Source: Macrostomum lignano (Eukaryota). Taken from it: a stretch of 64,000 nt of DNA. The notes below the pieces were generated by a model, which was not told the origin of the DNA, searched no databases, and saw only the letters and a program-made list of their open reading frames with translations. The position numbers and the translations under genes were made by a program. Position 1 is the stretch's first letter. Each line of letters starts with the position of its first letter. Positions 61,900-64,000 of this stretch are shown in pieces. The stretch covers positions 372,001 to 436,000 of the forward strand of contig NIVC01000684.1 in assembly GCA_002269645.1 (NCBI GenBank), given 5' to 3'.

Positions 61900-62922
61900 C
61901 TACTGCAGCTGCACCCCTCCAGTAGCCACAAACTGCCTCAGCTGGTGCAGCCTCCTCCTGGCGAAGTCGTCCAAGTTGTTGAACCTCTCGAACTCGGCCA
62001 CCGCGGCGTCGACGGCTGCGACGTCGCGAGCGTCGGTACCCGAAGCCAGTGACCTCACCAGCGAGAGCTCGTCGGTGTCCTTGAACGAGCCGCACCGCCC
62101 AGCCAGCTGCTCCGCCTTCTCGCCGACTCCCGCAGCTCCTGAGCACAGCAGGCACAGACAGCTCTTGGCCAGGTGGTCCTTGGCTCCGAAGCTCAACAGA
62201 CTGTGCTGCTCAGCCGACACTCCCAGATCCTCAAACACCGCGGCTGCCTCTGCCAGCCTCCCGCAGTCCGCCATCAACTCCGCGGCCTTGGCGCGGCTGC
62301 CCGCAGCGCTGGCCGGACTGTCCTCGCCGCTCCAGAAGTCCGCCGCTCTCAAGTAGGCATCGATGGCCTCCTCGACTTGCTGAGATGCAGCCAGCAGGTC
62401 TCCAGCCTCCTCCAGCTGTCTGGCAGCGATGCTGAACTGGCCCTGCTCTGCGTACATCTTGGCCGCTTGCTGCAGGCACCGCACGGCCTTCGGTCTCGTG
62501 TCTGGCAGCTTGCGGTAGCAGTTCGCAGCCTCCGAGTAATTGTTGGCCGCATCGAGCTCGCATCGTCTCTGCTTTGAGAACTGCTCGGCCGCGGCTTCGA
62601 ATGCCTGTCCAGCTTCGCTCCAAGTTTTATCGGCTTTGTGTTTGATTCCTTTGGCAACCAAGTTCTCCGCTGTTTCTCCTGTTGCAATTTTCTTGACTTG
62701 ATATAGAAGCCAAAGCATCAATGATGATAGCAGCACTGCTAACCACCATGAGCAAACAACCGAAATTTCATCAGTAGTTGTCGTAGCCCGATGATGTTCT
62801 AGTTCAGTATAGTTGCAGCTCTTTGTTAGATTAGAACTGCCTGATGAAGTATAACGGTAGTAGAGCTGTATGTATATGTGAACACAACTTGCGCTGGAGT
62901 TCTGTAGACGTCCAATTTTCAT
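61900..62922 (-). CDS. alpha-SNAP-like paralog 6 (340 aa) with short N-terminal segment and TM helix
   Basis: Acceptor gtctcacag|ctATG. Sequons NSS/NLT/NYT, TM ISVVCSWWLAVLLSSLMLWLLY followed by QVKK, then an intact core. Confidence 0.88.
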   Translation of the reverse strand: MKIGRLQNSSASCVHIYIQLYYRYTSSGSSNLTKSCNYTELEHHRATTTTDEISVVCSWWLAVLLSSLMLWLLYQVKKIATGETAENLVAKGIKHKADKTWSEAGQAFEAAAEQFSKQRRCELDAANNYSEAANCYRKLPDTRPKAVRCLQQAAKMYAEQGQFSIAARQLEEAGDLLAASQQVEEAIDAYLRAADFWSGEDSPASAAGSRAKAAELMADCGRLAEAAAVFEDLGVSAEQHSLLSFGAKDHLAKSCLCLLCSGAAGVGEKAEQLAGRCGSFKDTDELSLVRSLASGTDARDVAAVDAAVAEFERFNNLDDFARRRLHQLRQFVATGGVQLQ

Positions 62923-64000
62923 AGCTGTGAGACGCAGGTGGGAGCCGCGGTTTTAAAACAGAAAAACGGGAATGAAAATGGCAATAAAACGTTTTGAAGT
63001 GTTCTTTGATCTACACCGACTGATTTTGAATGCTAAAAATGACTTGATATACACTGAATATAGCTGTCAGCATAGCATCATCACTTTAACAAATATTCGT
63101 CAGATACAGATTCTGTCAAACTATGTAGCTCTAACCACGTGTTCAACTAATTTGTATTCTATTAAATGAGATCTGATGGAGGCGGCATTCTTATTTATTT
63201 TAAATAGACAAACAAAATACAGCATCCAGACACGAGTATTAGGGAGACGTGAACTAAAAAAGTCTCATTCATTATAATCTACAAAATTTAAATAAACAGC
63301 TGTCAAACAGGTTTAGTTAGAAACTTATTGTTAAAAATGTCATATTTACGTTTTTAAGCTGGAAGGTTAAAGACCGCGGTCTATGTAAATTTGATAACTT
63401 GTTAAAATCAGCTGGAAAGTTTTTAAAAAACATTTTTTCACTAAACTTTGACACACGTTTTGTTCTGATGAAACGAATATTTTGAAGTTAAAAATAGTTT
63501 AACATGTCAGCCGGTTGCCTGCAAGACTGCTGGATGTTTCACAATACAAAGCGATGTTTTTACAACAAAGGTTATTTAATATGAAATCAATGTCACCATG
63601 TAAAACACTTCGAAGTATAACAACACCTGTAGTTTAAAGTCGATACTAATGATAAAAAAAATATCTGAATTCGGCAAAAAATCAATAAAAAAGGATTGGA
63701 AAATGGATAAAAACCAGTTTACGAGTAAAAAGCAGAATTCGGCGCATTGGAAACTGAGAGATTGATCAATAATTAGTCTGATCCTCATGAAACAGGCCGA
63801 TTCCAGTTTTAATGTTTGTTAAACAATGGATTACTAATTGTGCATCAGATAGATGAAAAATTAAAATAACACACAACTAGGATTAGGACTACATACATTT
63901 TTGATTAAAAAAATGAACCAAAGTTATGATCAAAGTTATTTAAAAACACGCTAATGTCTGGAAAACGTTCACAAAACAGCCTTGCCAATGAATAAAAAAC

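Noticed and set aside
40627-62577. Recurrent + strand ORFs (LNLSNSDTAAST..., MVLGSEAQQ...) and alternate-frame - strand ORFs
   Set aside because: Antisense or shifted shadows of the GC-rich SNAP core, repeated because the core is repeated.
40590-62922. Bacterial or viral origin of the SNAP array
   Set aside because: The genes are flanked by host SINEs/MITEs and eukaryotic splice acceptors; nothing in the sequence indicates foreign DNA, though a phylogeny is needed to exclude it.

Overview
Eukaryotic (animal) genomic DNA with spliced genes, GC-richer exons, AT-rich spacers, introns packed with tandem repeats and many small transposons. The style resembles a free-living flatworm such as Macrostomum (inference only). 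Most long ORFs in the supplied track are artefacts of stop-free repeats. Left block (1-37.4 kb), five + strand genes: the last exon of an unidentified gene behind a >6 kb minisatellite; a 7-exon secreted protein (~942 aa, 24 four-Cys modules plus a GxNGII Gly-rich block); HTATIP2/TIP30; an unrecognised ~1267-aa protein; and a classical calpain. Right block (40.6-62.9 kb) is the main finding: six - strand alpha-SNAP-like paralogs with intronless SNAP-coding regions. They share a near-identical ~200-aa core, but the N-terminal ~45 residues of soluble alpha-SNAP are replaced in each copy by a different predicted membrane anchor (TM helix with or without a glycosylatable N-terminal segment, or an N-myristoyl/Cys-string). 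The acidic NSF-activating tail is also lost. One copy is a pseudogene. Mobile DNA includes a decayed DIRS/Ngaro-type tyrosine-recombinase retrotransposon, a deleted mariner, hAT and Tc1-type MITEs, Helitron-like fragments and two tRNA-derived SINE families.
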